Shown here: positions 23,516 through 35,580 of the stretch, piece by piece | How the letters are laid out: each line of letters starts with the position of its first letter | How positions within the stretch are numbered: position 1 is the first letter of the stretch | IMG/VR virus record: IMGVR_UViG_3300025066_000021 | Reading direction: 5' to 3' (one strand) | Length of the DNA stretch: 64,000 nucleotides | Source: an uncultured virus (IMG/VR IMGVR_UViG_3300025066_000021) | Taxonomy: Duplodnaviria > Heunggongvirae > Uroviricota > Caudoviricetes | Notes under the pieces: generated by a model | What the model saw: only the letters and a program-made list of their open reading frames with translations | Database searches by the model: none | What the model was told of the DNA's origin: nothing | Translations under genes and position numbers: made by a program

Positions 23516-24483
23516 TATGATTTCCAGGCCACAAAAGACTCGTTCCAGGTTTTTCAGTGTAATTGGATCTGTGTTAGAAGAGATCACTGTTATAGGAGAA
23601 ACCGTGCAAACCAGGAGAATTAAACAGACCTCGGGTATAAGGAAAACGCAGACAATTACCGATAGTAAAGGTAACAGGAGCAGTATAACCAAATACGAAA
23701 GGAGAGGGTATGCAAGACCTTATTAAAAAATATAAAACAGTAAAACCAGATATGATATCTGATAAAATTCTCAGGAAACTTAAGCAAGATTTAAGGATCA
23801 AGTGAATTTAAAAGACCTAGAGTATAAAGAGTTCTCAGACGGATACTACGGAGTATTCGAGGGAACTCTTTTATACGTTCCAGCACTCTTAAAGGGTTCA
23901 TATGATCCCGAGGATATCTGTGAAGTGGTTTGTATGGAAAACGAATCAGTTCTTCAAGAGATCAACAAGGAGTTCGGGACTAGTTTTAAAGTCACCGACT
24001 TTCCAGGGAGGTAGCATAGAAATAGAAGATCATCTAGAGGAGTTCGAGTTAATAGATCCAGAAGGAACTTTGAACGAGTTTACCAGTTTGAGTTTCGCTT
24101 AAAATTTGGCCGGGAGTTTTCCCGGCTTTTTTTATTTTTTTATAAAAATAATCCTGGAGAAACCTTATTCTATGAATCTAACATAAAACACTAGAAATCC
24201 TCGGAAATCTAAAAACTATTTCTACCTCGGGTTACCCAGAACTATGTAACCAGAGCTTCGATAAATTCGCAGCCCATGATCTGTAGTCTTAGTATACCAG
24301 AAATTTTAGAACCCCTGAAATCTAATTTATAAATTTTAAATTACCACAAAAATAAAACCTTTGTGCCACAATCAACAAACTTTATCCACAAATGACCAAA
24401 ACTCTGAACAAAATCTTTTTGCTTGGTCACTCTGATTATTCTCACTTGACCGGGTATCCCAGATATTAAAGATAACAAGAACA

Positions 24484-24643
24484 GAGAACTTTAAAGCTTT
24501 GCCTTGTGATTAGTAAAGCCTTTTTAAACTTCAAGCTCCTGGGAACAAAGAACTTGGGAGCAACCTATTGACAGTTAGTAGTATTCGTACTACAATAAAG
24601 GTCTGGGTAGGATAAACTTTAAAAAGGAAGTCAAAATGTTTTC
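24484..24643 (+). ncRNA. candidate multibranch structured RNA or long leader
   Basis: ORF-less region after promoter 24446; nested helices with G-U pairs and a UUCG-capped hairpin. Confidence 0.45.
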
Positions 24644-25235
24644 ATAAACTTTAACCGAAGAAAGTAACAATCACTATAGAGTACAGTGTACATAGGAGAG
24701 ACATGGAACTTAAAACAAGAAACTTAGATACCAATTCGGCTAACCGAGAATCAGGAATTTATGTTAGAGCGTTATGCGTGACTACAGAAAACCCGGAAGG
24801 AAAATGGGGGGCTGCGGATATACTGGATTTAGATAACGAATCTTTTCAGGTATTCGTTCAAGAGAAGATTTCCCAAAATCCTTATAATGCCGTGATGTTA
24901 ATGAATGCTTTAAAGGGAATGATACTGGAAGAATGATTATTACAGACACGCTAAGCGTTTATCACGAATTACAAGCGGAATTAGATAAAAGGCTTTTGAA
25001 TTTTGAGTATGACCACTACGAACTGTTTCTAGATCTTCACCCGACATGTGAGATTGACTATACACCGGGCATGTTGAAAATAGCGGTAGAGACTTTTGGT
25101 TCGGCTGTTCAAGAAGAAGAAGACGAAATGCCTAAAAGTATAAATTAAATTTAACTCACTTAATTCTTCTCACTTGACCGGATATCTCGGTTATTAGTTA
25201 TGAGAGAAACATTAACTTAACCAAAGGATAGCACG

Positions 25236-25802
25236 ATGATTCCACAGATTTTAGCAAGCCTAGGAAATGATTTTAAAGTTGGTTGCCCAGAAGATAAACT
25301 GGTCGAAGTTGTGAAGACCGATAAAAATGGACGCAACCGAACAACCAAAGAGCCTGTTCTTTTAGAAGGAATTGCTCAAAAAATGAGGATTGTGGCAGTT
25401 CGATACCGTCAGGAAAGAACGGCTCAAGATTACAGTCATGACGACGGAGTCTTATATACGGGTTCCGATCTCAAAATTCATGAAGGCAAATTAGTTAGAG
25501 TCGGGGAAAACAAGAAAACTAAGTTGCCTTATCTTACTATTGTAGATTCAACACGCCTGAAAGTTACTGAGACTGACGAGAAAGGTTTTGTAAAACTAAC
25601 TCCTCAGTACAGGAGCGTCAAGCAAAGTACTCTCAGTTTCCTGGAAATTAATGGTGTCAAAATCATTGAAGACGGAAAGCTGATTGAAAATCCTAAACCT
25701 AACCTGTCATTTGTAATGCAGTTGGCATGGGAGATTCGTAGGGAGTACGGATTGCAGATGGGTAACGCTCTCCAGTTAGCATGGAGAAAAGTGAGGGCCT
25801 AA
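25236..25802 (+). CDS. hypothetical protein
   Basis: 188-aa ORF with own promoter and RBS; C-terminal MxxAWxI...ALxxAW helical motif. Confidence 0.7.
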   Translation: MIPQILASLGNDFKVGCPEDKLVEVVKTDKNGRNRTTKEPVLLEGIAQKMRIVAVRYRQERTAQDYSHDDGVLYTGSDLKIHEGKLVRVGENKKTKLPYLTIVDSTRLKVTETDEKGFVKLTPQYRSVKQSTLSFLEINGVKIIEDGKLIENPKPNLSFVMQLAWEIRREYGLQMGNALQLAWRKVRA

Positions 25803-26212
25803 TGGATCTAGAACTTAGAGAAACAGTCCTCTGAGCTAGAAAAAGAACTGTAAACAAAAAGCGGGTAGAAATATCCGCTTTCACTTATTTATTCCAACTT
25901 GACTTGATATTTCGGTTATTACTTATATAAAGGAGGCAACATGAAAAAGACAACACTTGAAGAACTGAGGACCGAAGTTTTGGAGTGGTTACAAAAGGAC
26001 ATCCAAAATGACCTAGAAAGAGTTAGACAGGCTTTAGTAGCCCATTTGTATATGACCCCGGATTCCGAGGAAGTTTATGTATATGATCTAGACACTTGCT
26101 CTAATCATTTCCAAGAATTACGGGAAGCTATTACCCAGTCTTTTGAGGGAGTAGAAGTTAAAGAGTTTTATGTGGGAAACGATTCTGTAACATTATTAAT
26201 TAAGGAGAACCA

Positions 26213-26856
26213 GTGAGTTTTAAGAAAATTCAATTTTCTGTAACAGTTATTACAGATGCCCCTGATTACGACCCCGATGATTTAGTCCAATTACAAGAAG
26301 ATATACTTGGCTCCTTAATAGCCGGGTCTATGGAAAAAGTAAGCTCAAAATAGCTAAGCGATATTGATGCTGCGGACGAATTAATTGAAATTAGTTATGA
26401 CCCAGGATTCTTTGAGGATCTTGAGACTTTCATTCCCATCGCAACGGGGATATAGTTTGGTTTAACGATCCTGACGATGGAATTAGCTCTGGAGTATATC
26501 TTGTTGTTAACGCAGATCATCCAGAAGTGATTGCTACTATTAATCAAGCGGGAAGTGAGCTTGAAGCATTACCTCATGAATTGACAGAAATTTCTCTTGA
26601 TGATCTTAACAGAGCGGATAATATGTCACACTTTAGTAGTAATATATTTTGGGAATCTGTTGAACCGCTGAGAATGAAATATACCTCGGAATGGTTAGCT
26701 GACCTGGAATTCTCGGATATGATACAATTAATCTTGGATGAAGGTACAGACCACGAAACCGAGGATGAAACTCCAGGAAAAGAGTTACTTAAAATTGCTA
26801 GTTTACTAGATGAGGAACTCGAAGTGATGTTTGGAGTTAACCAAGACGAAGAGTAA
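26213..26856 (+). pseudogene. interrupted gene(s)
   Basis: RBS plus GTG at 26213, in-frame TAG at 26351, then an apparent frameshift near 26430-26450 into the GDIVWFNDPDDG frame that continues to 26856. Confidence 0.55.
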
Positions 26857-27750
26857 GTACAACGGAAGTATTGACAGATAAGAATAGTTTTATATAATGT
26901 AGTTATAATTAATTAGGAGGAACCGTGAAAACCAAGTCTAAAAATAAAAAAACTAAACGTGCCCGTGTCCTAGTTCCTTTCAATACTGGGACACGGGTCC
27001 ACAAAAACAAAAAAGCTTACAGTCGTAAGGACAAAAAAATTAATACCCAAGATTACTAAGGAGAAATTATGGCAAAAAAACCGATAAGTGATTATGAGGG
27101 TAAGGAATACTACACTACAGACCTGGACCCTCTAGGAATACCTTACCCAGATGCCGTACCACTAGGGAGCGATTCCACTGCAACCGAGACTCTTTTACCG
27201 TGTCCTGGTCACTGGCCTTTTATCCCGGCTGTCGGATCTGTTATCACTCTTGTGATGCCAGCGTTATTCGGAAGTCTAAGTAAAGAGTTGGTAAAAGTTG
27301 TGAGTGTTAATCTTATAAACCAAGAAATAAATTTTAGTTACAGTGGAACCAGCAATCACAGCATCCTTAAAGCCGGTGTAATAAGGCTGAATTCTGTGAA
27401 TTGGAACTCAGGATTTATATTTGAATAAGGAGAGTTATGTCAGACCTTTATATTGACTTAGTTACATCTACCCCAATAACCGGAGAAGACAGCGACCAAA
27501 ACTATTTACTCAGATTAGCAGATTCCGAAGATGTTTCTCATATCCACTTGGGCAGCAGAGATTCCGCACTCCAATTCATACAGGAAATCCAAGGAGATTT
27601 AAATACTCTTAAGGATTACTGCCATATCTCGGGTAGCTTAGCTTATTATGATAGAATAATAATTCTAGGTGCAGAGGCTAAAGTATTCTTCTGTAACTCT
27701 AATGGAGTTGTGTTAGATTGGGCTAATCTAGTAGAACTGGATATCAAGAT

Positions 27751-28290
27751 ATGAACGGACTGAAAAAACATAGCTCTAGTTTTAAAGAGGCTGTGAAGAA
27801 ACTTGCGAAAAATAAAACCGGAAAGGTTCTTCCTGATGCTGTGTATCTTCACTACAATTTGTGGAGAAGCGTGGAACAAAGCTTTCCCGAAGAGTTTGCT
27901 AGAGATTTAAATTTCTTTATTTATATGCAAGGGGGCCGAGACTATTCGGGTAGTGTGGTTATAAAATTTAGTAGAAAGAAGTTTGTTGTTTCTATTTTAT
28001 ATTACGAAGGCTTTTTGACAAACCCTCACCCATATCTACTCTCTTCTAAACTAAGAGACTACAGTAATAATACTTACAAAGTGATGAGTTATAGAACAAG
28101 AAAAAATAAACCTGTTCTTCATAGAACCGAACAGATGATGCTGAACTCTGATTTAAAAGATGAGAGACAGCGTTTGACTAAGCTAGAAGAATCTCTTGGT
28201 TTGTATGAAAACACCAGAACCATAGGAACTCAAAACGGCTGGAACAAAGCTCTTGAAACGAAAGGAGTTAGTATGCGGGACATCCTATAA
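27751..28290 (+). CDS. stand-alone N-terminal domain of DNA phosphorothioation-associated putative methyltransferase (TIGR04096-like)
   Basis: GKVLPDAVYLH, YxxFxxxPHPxL, NxPVLHRxE and EExLGLYENTRTIG...W motifs. Confidence 0.75.
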   Translation: MNGLKKHSSSFKEAVKKLAKNKTGKVLPDAVYLHYNLWRSVEQSFPEEFARDLNFFIYMQGGRDYSGSVVIKFSRKKFVVSILYYEGFLTNPHPYLLSSKLRDYSNNTYKVMSYRTRKNKPVLHRTEQMMLNSDLKDERQRLTKLEESLGLYENTRTIGTQNGWNKALETKGVSMRDIL

Positions 28291-28793
28291 AGCTGAGCTG
28301 GAGAAATCCAGCTTTTTTTATTTCTTTATAGAACTCGTGGTGGAGTAACCTTATTCTATGAATTAAACTGAGGATTCCTGGGTTACAAAAAAAGTTTTGA
28401 GTTCACTTCATTTTTCTCACCTGACCTGATATCTTGGTTACTATACATGAATACGGAAGGAGATTATTTATGTATTCTAGGTATGAAGGCGGGATAATAT
28501 GAGCAAAAAAGAAATGTTTTATACAACCAATACTCTTGCGCTGCCTGCTAAAGTAGTGCAAGAACTTACTGAGAAACGAGTTATAATAACTAGACAAACT
28601 CTAATTAGGAATGTAAGTCTGAAGGCGCTTAGGAAGCTGGAAAGCCTAGTTGGATATGCTTCTAAGCCGTCCGAAGGAAACACTATGGCCAACGATCTCT
28701 GCGTTATTTACTTTAAATCATTTTTACAGGATGAAGTTTGTTACGGAATCTCAGATTCCCTTATCTCTTACTTATTTACAAAAAGGAGTTAAC

Positions 28794-29120
28794 ATGATTT
28801 TATTTACTCAAGCGTTACTGAGAAAACTTCCTAGAATAGAGGAAACCGCCGAATATGACATGGAAGAAAGTATTGTGTATGTCAAGTTGTTTGATTGTAT
28901 GGGAGGTAGTACATGGTATATCTATGCTTACAACCCCGAAACCGAGGAAGCCATGGCGTTTGTTCGTTTGAATAATGATTATCAATTCGCTGAAATAGGT
29001 TATGTGAGTATAACAGAACTTAAGGAAGCGTTAGGATGGAGATTGGAAAGGGACAGACATTTTAGCCCTAGAAAGTTAAGTGCGATTTATGATACAGTAA
29101 AAGCAGGCGGTCATGTTTAG
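28794..29120 (+). CDS. DUF2958-family protein
   Basis: VKLFxxxGxxTWY...AEIGYVSxxEL...LERDRHFxP. Confidence 0.8.
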   Translation: MILFTQALLRKLPRIEETAEYDMEESIVYVKLFDCMGGSTWYIYAYNPETEEAMAFVRLNNDYQFAEIGYVSITELKEALGWRLERDRHFSPRKLSAIYDTVKAGGHV

Positions 29121-29593
29121 AAAGGATTGTAATGACAGAACAAATTGATGTATACACAGTTTTATACCTGGATAAAGACGGACTAATAGAAGTCTTTGAA
29201 ACATTTGCAGCTAATGACGAAGGGTTTCAAGAATCTCAGGATAGATTCAAAGAGCTTTTAGACGACAAGGACCTTGATAACGAAGACTACGAAGCAGCTC
29301 TTCTTAGCGAGTATCATTCTGATTGTAGAGGGACCATGTATTGGATGAGTTCGAGATGAGAGTTGAACAGAACCTGTGAGTGATATGTGGAATTATATTA
29401 AAAATTTTTTTAAAAAGAAACCTGTAATAGTAACTGTTAGAATAGACTCAGAACACTTTGTTATCAATCCGATAGCGAAATGCGTGTGGTGTAGTAAGGA
29501 TATAGATACTTGTAAGGGCCATATAATGGCCTACAAAGGCTTGTGGCATCCCAAGTGTCACCAAGCATACCAAAAATCAAAGGAGCTAGAGTA

Positions 29594-30166
29594 ATGGATG
29601 CAATCGAGTCATTTAAGATGCCTAATAATTTAACACTAAACATTCTGCATGATTTTGATCCTGAGAATCCCAGAGACTGGAGCAATACCGGCAAACTGTT
29701 TTTAACGGATAAACACGGAGTAAATGTTAATGAGCTAGATTCTTGTGTTCATCCACGAGACTACAATTCTTGGGACGAATTGGAAGAGGCGTTAGTAAAA
29801 GAGAACAATGTCAAGGCCATTCTTCCGGTTTATAAATATGAACATTCTGGAGTTATCTATAACACAACCGGATTCAGTTGTCCTTGGGATAGCGGACAAG
29901 TAGGATTTATTGTCGCAACCCAAGATGAGGTCAGACAATCTTGGGGCTGGAAAAGGGTAACAGCAAAAAGAAAGAAAAAGTTAGAAGCTAGTTTAGCTAA
30001 GGAAATCGAGCTTTATTCTCAATGGGCTAGCGGTCAAGTTTACGGATTTGAGGTTGTGAATACCGATGAAGAGGTACAAAGCTCTTGTTGGGGATTCTAT
30101 GGGGGCGACTGGAAAACTAACGGGCTGTTTGATAATGCCGGATATGAGGAGACTTGTAATGGATAG
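29594..30166 (+). CDS. conserved phage protein
   Basis: NPRDWxN, LPVYxYEHSG, FSCPWDSGQVG and SCWGFYG motifs. Confidence 0.7.
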   Translation: MDAIESFKMPNNLTLNILHDFDPENPRDWSNTGKLFLTDKHGVNVNELDSCVHPRDYNSWDELEEALVKENNVKAILPVYKYEHSGVIYNTTGFSCPWDSGQVGFIVATQDEVRQSWGWKRVTAKRKKKLEASLAKEIELYSQWASGQVYGFEVVNTDEEVQSSCWGFYGGDWKTNGLFDNAGYEETCNG

Positions 30167-30435
30167 AATTTATATTGGATCTGCGACACAACTAGTTCAA
30201 ACTAGAAGCGAGAAAGAAGCTTGTGAACTAGCAATTGATGCCGGAGGGGACTTAGAATTCAGCACATATTGTTTTCTGGATGGGGATGAAGTCGAAGATA
30301 TGGATATTCCTGAGCACGGAGACGTGCTATGTACACTGGACCCAACTGTACATGACGGAGATAGATTGTACAGTGTTTCTATGTTAAGATATGAAATGGG
30401 AGGAGAATCATTACGAGTAGTTGAATCAGTTTGTA

Positions 30436-30464
30436 TTGACAGCACGAATCTTTAGGTATAGAAT
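30436..30464 (+). promoter_or_regulatory. canonical sigma70-type promoter, representative of the second promoter class
   Basis: TTGACA-N17-TAGAAT; similar sites at 24568, 26871, 43562, 45984, 46896, 47091, 47615, 55835, 58141 and 63941. Confidence 0.75.
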
Positions 30465-30792
30465 AGAATAACTTAACAATAACTTAGGAGAATAATGTTA
30501 GCAATTAAAATTCAAGACTGGAAAAATCAGCCCCATCTTATCACGTTTCAAGAAGGGGATAACGTGTTAGTCAAGGTGACTCAACATAACAAAAACCCGA
30601 AAGCAGGAGTTGCTACTATTACGGTAGTAGGACAGCATTCTGGTAAAGAAACTCCGTTTGTAATTTATGTGAACTGGAGTTTACGAGATGAAATTATTGA
30701 TTCAATCGAAAATTTCCTCATGAATTCTGAGGAAATGGGGCTTGAGATTGACGCTGTCCTCCCGGAGAGCATGAACAAAACGAGATATTAAT

Positions 30793-31386
30793 ATGGGAGC
30801 CAGAGGCGCAGCAGGTTTTTATTATGGTGAGGGCAGTAGTTTAAGAAAAAACCATAAAGTGATGTACAATCACTTTGATTCTTATCCCGATTACTTAGGA
30901 GTTAATGTTCTTGAGGGGTGTAGAAAATTTTCTATTAAAAAGATGAGAGAAATTTTTCCTCAGATTTTATTAGTAGACGCTCAAGACATACCTAGCCAAG
31001 AAGAATTAGAGAGCTTAGAAGTTCAATTAGGAGGGAATCCTAATACCAATGGAGATAACAACTGGTATTGGCTACTTCGTGATTTTCAGGGTGGCCTAGA
31101 AAAAGTCCTTGAGCATAAAATTATGACCAATGGATTTGACTTTTTGGGTGACGGTTTGTTTTGTGAGTATGCTTATATCATAAATCTTAATACCGGAGAA
31201 CTAGAAGTTTATAGAGGATTTAGTCGAGGAAATACTGCGGTAGGTAGATACACAAGCTTAAAAGACAAAAACGATGATATGAATTATGACAGCGTTACTT
31301 TCTTAACAAGCTTTGATTTGATGGAATATATTCCAAGTGACCAAGAGTTCTTGGATAAAATAAAGTCTCTAGACCCAGACGACTAA
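30793..31386 (+). CDS. conserved phage protein
   Basis: MGxRG...YNHFDSYPxxLG...FCEYAYIINL...LEVY. Confidence 0.7.
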   Translation: MGARGAAGFYYGEGSSLRKNHKVMYNHFDSYPDYLGVNVLEGCRKFSIKKMREIFPQILLVDAQDIPSQEELESLEVQLGGNPNTNGDNNWYWLLRDFQGGLEKVLEHKIMTNGFDFLGDGLFCEYAYIINLNTGELEVYRGFSRGNTAVGRYTSLKDKNDDMNYDSVTFLTSFDLMEYIPSDQEFLDKIKSLDPDD

Positions 31387-31493
31387 TAACCGAAGTTTTT
31401 AAGGGCCAACAAAATAGTTGGTCCTTTTTTTATGCTCACTTAATTATTCCCACTTGACCTGTTATCCGGGCTATTAGCTATGAAAGGAGACAT

Positions 31494-32315
31494 ATGTTTA
31501 GATTTTTTAGTTCCAATGTAAAAACCGGGTTTAGTTATGATTTCGGGATTTGTCCTTTAATGAAAGAAGTTGAAGGAAAATACCGTGCTGTCTGCGGGGT
31601 CGAGAAATGTTACTCAGCAATGAAGCTTAATTCTCACCAAGGTGGGGGTTTAAAAACTAAGTTGCAAAATATTTCTGGCTACATAAACAAGATTGAACAA
31701 GAAGTCAAGATTTTAAACGCCATGAGCACGGGGGGTCCTGTGTTAGTGCGGGGCTTTAGTTTTGCTGATTATATCCCTGAGTTTAAAGAAGAGTTCTTAT
31801 ATTTGGTTAGAAATTTAGTTACCAGACATATTATTATTTCTAAGACTCTTTGGTTGTTAGCGCCTGAGTTGATCGAGGAAGTAGGAGAGGCCACTGAATT
31901 AAGCTTAGGATTTACTAGACAACTGTATCCCAAGTTTAAAAAGTTTTTTTCTGAGCACCAAAATTTAAAATTTAGCGTTGCTTACACGTACTCGAATCTA
32001 GAAGACCTGGAATGGTTTAAGCAAAAAGATCCAGAGTTATTTAGTCAAACCGATGTATTTCATGATGAATTTATTCATCTCAGAAAAGGAAGGCAGTTCT
32101 CTAAACTAAAGGGAACCGATCAATTCACGCCTTCCGCACTGGGAATGCAAAGAACATTTCGAGCAAGACTTGATGCGCTTAACGAGTTACACGTTAATGC
32201 AGGTAGCAGGCAATGCAATGTTTACGGGGCCGACCAAAAAATAAAAGCTTGTGCAGCTTGCACGGGATGCGGAACAATAAGCAGGAAAAACCATTTTCCT
32301 GAGTTAAGGAGATAA
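31494..32315 (+). CDS. Cys-rich protein, possibly GP88-like
   Basis: CP...C..KCY N-terminus, C-terminal CxxCxxC; own promoter and RBS. Confidence 0.4.
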   Translation: MFRFFSSNVKTGFSYDFGICPLMKEVEGKYRAVCGVEKCYSAMKLNSHQGGGLKTKLQNISGYINKIEQEVKILNAMSTGGPVLVRGFSFADYIPEFKEEFLYLVRNLVTRHIIISKTLWLLAPELIEEVGEATELSLGFTRQLYPKFKKFFSEHQNLKFSVAYTYSNLEDLEWFKQKDPELFSQTDVFHDEFIHLRKGRQFSKLKGTDQFTPSALGMQRTFRARLDALNELHVNAGSRQCNVYGADQKIKACAACTGCGTISRKNHFPELRR

Positions 32316-32566
32316 AGATGATCAGCACAGTTAATGTTATTTTATTAGATCCAGAATCAACAGTTCTTCAAATGGCTTCCTTCGAGGACAATCCTGAGAA
32401 CAACGAAAAAGCTGAGAAACTATTTCTATAGTTTATTGAAGAAAGTTTTCCAGGAACATTTGAAAGAGAAGATTTAAGGGAGTTCTATTTGAACGAAAGT
32501 CTATTTGAGAGTGATGGGTACACCATACTCCTTACTCATTCCACAGAAATTTAGTATAATGAATAC

Positions 32567-32639
32567 AGGGGAGTAGCTCAGCGGTTAGAGCATCCGACTC
32601 ATAATCGGCAGGTCGAGAGTTCGATCCTCTCCTCCCCTA
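32567..32639 (+). tRNA. tRNA with CAT anticodon (Ile2-like or Met); CCA not encoded
   Basis: AGGGGAG/CTCCCCT acceptor, TAGCTCAGCGGTTAGAGCA D-arm, CCGA-CTCATAA-TCGG anticodon arm, GAGAG-TTCGATC-CTCTC T-arm; discriminator A is followed by CTT. Confidence 0.93.
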
Positions 32640-32660
32640 CTTTATAGAAAGGAATTATTT

Positions 32661-33221
32661 ATGTTACTAGTTAGATTATCAATTAAGCATGTCCCAGGAA
32701 AAATAGTAGAGCAACTACCATTTGAATTTGATTTAGAAGAACTTCTTACACCTGATCAAATCAAAAGAGCTACAGATATCCCTCTTCGACCTACGGTTTT
32801 AGGTGCCTATATTTCTAAGTTTCTTTATAGAAAAAATAAAAATCCTACTGAAGCTGATTATATAAAGAGATTCCGAGAACTATACAATTTTTCAAGTAGG
32901 TATCATGAATTAGCACTTCTCCATAAGAATAGAGGGAGCTTACATTTATACGCTGAAATCGAAGAAGATAAGTTAGTTGCTTGGGCTGCTAAGAATAATG
33001 TTAGATATACATTAGATCTTACTAAAAATTATGTAACCCGTTCTGGGAAAAGGGTTACGCATTTAACAAGGGATACGGAAACCCAAGCTTCTATGAATAT
33101 CTCGGGCCTTATTGTTACCAAGAAATCACCCCTTAAAACAATAGGAATGCTTTGGGATGAAAAAGGGTATGCGGTATTTACGGAAGACAGTCCATTGGAT
33201 CTTATTCTGGAGGAGAAGTAA
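32661..33221 (+). CDS. hypothetical protein
   Basis: 186-aa ORF with AAAGGA RBS. Confidence 0.7.
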   Translation: MLLVRLSIKHVPGKIVEQLPFEFDLEELLTPDQIKRATDIPLRPTVLGAYISKFLYRKNKNPTEADYIKRFRELYNFSSRYHELALLHKNRGSLHLYAEIEEDKLVAWAAKNNVRYTLDLTKNYVTRSGKRVTHLTRDTETQASMNISGLIVTKKSPLKTIGMLWDEKGYAVFTEDSPLDLILEEK

Positions 33222-33357
33222 TGGGAATTAGAGAATTAAATTGTTCGATTAGTGGTTTGGTTATTGAGTTCGGGGAACCTTTTTATTACTGGAAAGAAGA
33301 GAAAATTCTCCTCACTCTCCCATCCACCCCTACTTTTATAGAAAGGAATTGTTTAAT

Positions 33358-34167
33358 ATGGGTATAGCACCTTTTATCTGTAGTGCAAGTAAAATTGAAA
33401 TTCCGTTCAACACAAAATTTAAATTAATAGTTTTAACTGGAATCAAAACCCAGTTTCTTCATAGTGCAAGCAGGTTTCCGGGAGGGCTGTTCGACGCTCA
33501 CACAACTCCTTTAGATGTTTCCTATAACGAGGAAACTGGATTGAGATGTGATAAAACTCCTATGTATGAATGGTTGCTGGAATCTGTGAAGAAAGATGGG
33601 ATCATAGGAAAAGACAACGAAAGAAAACGACTGGAAGATCTAGAGATTCCTATAACTTTAAATTATATCTTAGAGGAAAGAACCTTGAAGATAAAACACT
33701 TCAGTTTCTCGAATAAAGAAGATCCTTTGTATTTTTATGCTATTCATAACGATATTTTTGATTTGATGATGGCAACATTCGAAGATTCTGAGACACCAAG
33801 GAACCAAACATTCGATAAAGTTTTTGATGGTTACTTAGAAATTTATAAAGAGCAGGGATCTATTTCTGATGAGGTAGCTCTGGAGCTTACCAATGCTTCA
33901 CTGTTTGAAGCCACAGATGTTTATGGAATGGGAATTTTACTTCCAGGTGCTAACAGGTATCACTATGTTAGGGAGCACTTTGATTTCTTTAGAACAGAGC
34001 TTGAGAAATTAGATAAGGTTCTGATGTATTTAAATTATGCTGGATTTGATTTAGTTCCGGTCACACAATCTTCTTTTAAACAGTTCATTCTTAGGCTCTT
34101 CCATTCTGAGTGTACGAAAATCTTGGCAAAACAAATTCAAGCTGAACAAGAAAACGAAGATTACTGA
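33358..34167 (+). CDS. hypothetical protein
   Basis: Long ORF with AAAGGA RBS. Confidence 0.7.
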   Translation: MGIAPFICSASKIEIPFNTKFKLIVLTGIKTQFLHSASRFPGGLFDAHTTPLDVSYNEETGLRCDKTPMYEWLLESVKKDGIIGKDNERKRLEDLEIPITLNYILEERTLKIKHFSFSNKEDPLYFYAIHNDIFDLMMATFEDSETPRNQTFDKVFDGYLEIYKEQGSISDEVALELTNASLFEATDVYGMGILLPGANRYHYVREHFDFFRTELEKLDKVLMYLNYAGFDLVPVTQSSFKQFILRLFHSECTKILAKQIQAEQENEDY

Positions 34168-34929
34168 TTTAACAAGGAGAATTAGATGGCAGGAGTAATT
34201 TTTGACCAAAACAAAGTGCCCACTATTTTAGGGGGAGATTACCTTCTGAGCGAAGACTCAATATGGGTTGAGTATAACGGTATCTCAATTAATATAACAC
34301 CTAGTGACATCGGGATCAAAGTATCAGCATATCCAAGGGATAAAGAAGACGAAGATCCTATTCATACTTTTACAGCAATATCTACTCAGGAGAACAAATG
34401 AGTTTAATATCTTTTAAAATAACTATTGACATTGATCCAGGAACTGAAGATGAAATGGAAGCTGTAATTCGGGAATGCATTAAAAAAAAACAGCACAGTA
34501 ACTTTGAACTCGTTAGAGATAGCAAGGAAATTAGACCTAAGCCAGAATACTATATAGCTGCTTTTCCAGATCCTTCAGACAATGATCATTTGAAACTGGG
34601 ATATGTGATCTCAGAGAATGAGGAGTCTGTAGAAATCCTGGACTCAAATCTTGGCAGTCATACCGTAAGAAATGAGGACGTAGTCTTTATTCCTTTGGAT
34701 AATATTGCTTGTCTAGAAAATTATTGGGAGGACGATCTCCCTTATAAGATGGCCAAAGATTTTTTACGTTATGATATTGGAGAAGGCGCCATTCAAGACA
34801 TGATGTTTACTGATATCATGGAGGAGCTTTACAGAGTTGACAAAAGCGATCTACTCAAGATTGTGGAATACATGTTTAGCCCTAAACTTCCAAGCCTTTT
34901 AACTCTTGAGGTATTAAAAAAGGAACTCA

Positions 34930-35580
34930 ATGTATAATATACGAGAAATGCACGAAATTAATTGTAAAATTCGAGAAGCTATGAAAAATCCTAGAGTTAA
35001 ACCGGGTGAACACGGTTCTGCCGAGATAGTAGACATCGAGGTCACCAAAGATCAAGGCTTACTATCGTTTATGGATAGAGGTCCCGTAGGTAGTTATTGC
35101 AGCCCTGGAAAGTATTTAGGTCTTAATATTAATGGTCAACTAGTAATGAGCAATACTAACATGGAAAAGAGGACTAACTTTAACTTTGCTTCTGAGGCTA
35201 CCGGGGAAGTTCTAGTAAACGGTTTAGGAATGGGGATGCTGCTAGACGGGCTCCTTCAGAATCCTAGGGTTACCGGGATTACTGTCATTGAAAAAAGTCA
35301 AGACGTAATAGATTTAGTAGGCCCCTATTTTCAAGATCCTAAAATTACAATTATTTGTGACTGTGCTTATGAATATAAAATTCCTAAAGGTCAGAAGTGG
35401 GATTGTATTTGGCATGATATATGGCCAGAAATCTGCACAGATAATTTAACCGGGATTACTAAACTAAAACGAAAATATGCTAAGAGACATAGAGTTTTTC
35501 AAGCTGCATGGATTGAAGATGAGTTAAGGTCCCATAAACGTAAAGAAGACAAAAGGAGCAAGAGATGGAGATATGTTTAG
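34930..35580 (+). CDS. class I SAM-dependent methyltransferase (spermidine-synthase-like fold)
   Basis: GEVLVNGLGMG, ITVIEKSxDVIDLV and WHDIW motifs. Confidence 0.8.
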   Translation: MYNIREMHEINCKIREAMKNPRVKPGEHGSAEIVDIEVTKDQGLLSFMDRGPVGSYCSPGKYLGLNINGQLVMSNTNMEKRTNFNFASEATGEVLVNGLGMGMLLDGLLQNPRVTGITVIEKSQDVIDLVGPYFQDPKITIICDCAYEYKIPKGQKWDCIWHDIWPEICTDNLTGITKLKRKYAKRHRVFQAAWIEDELRSHKRKEDKRSKRWRYV

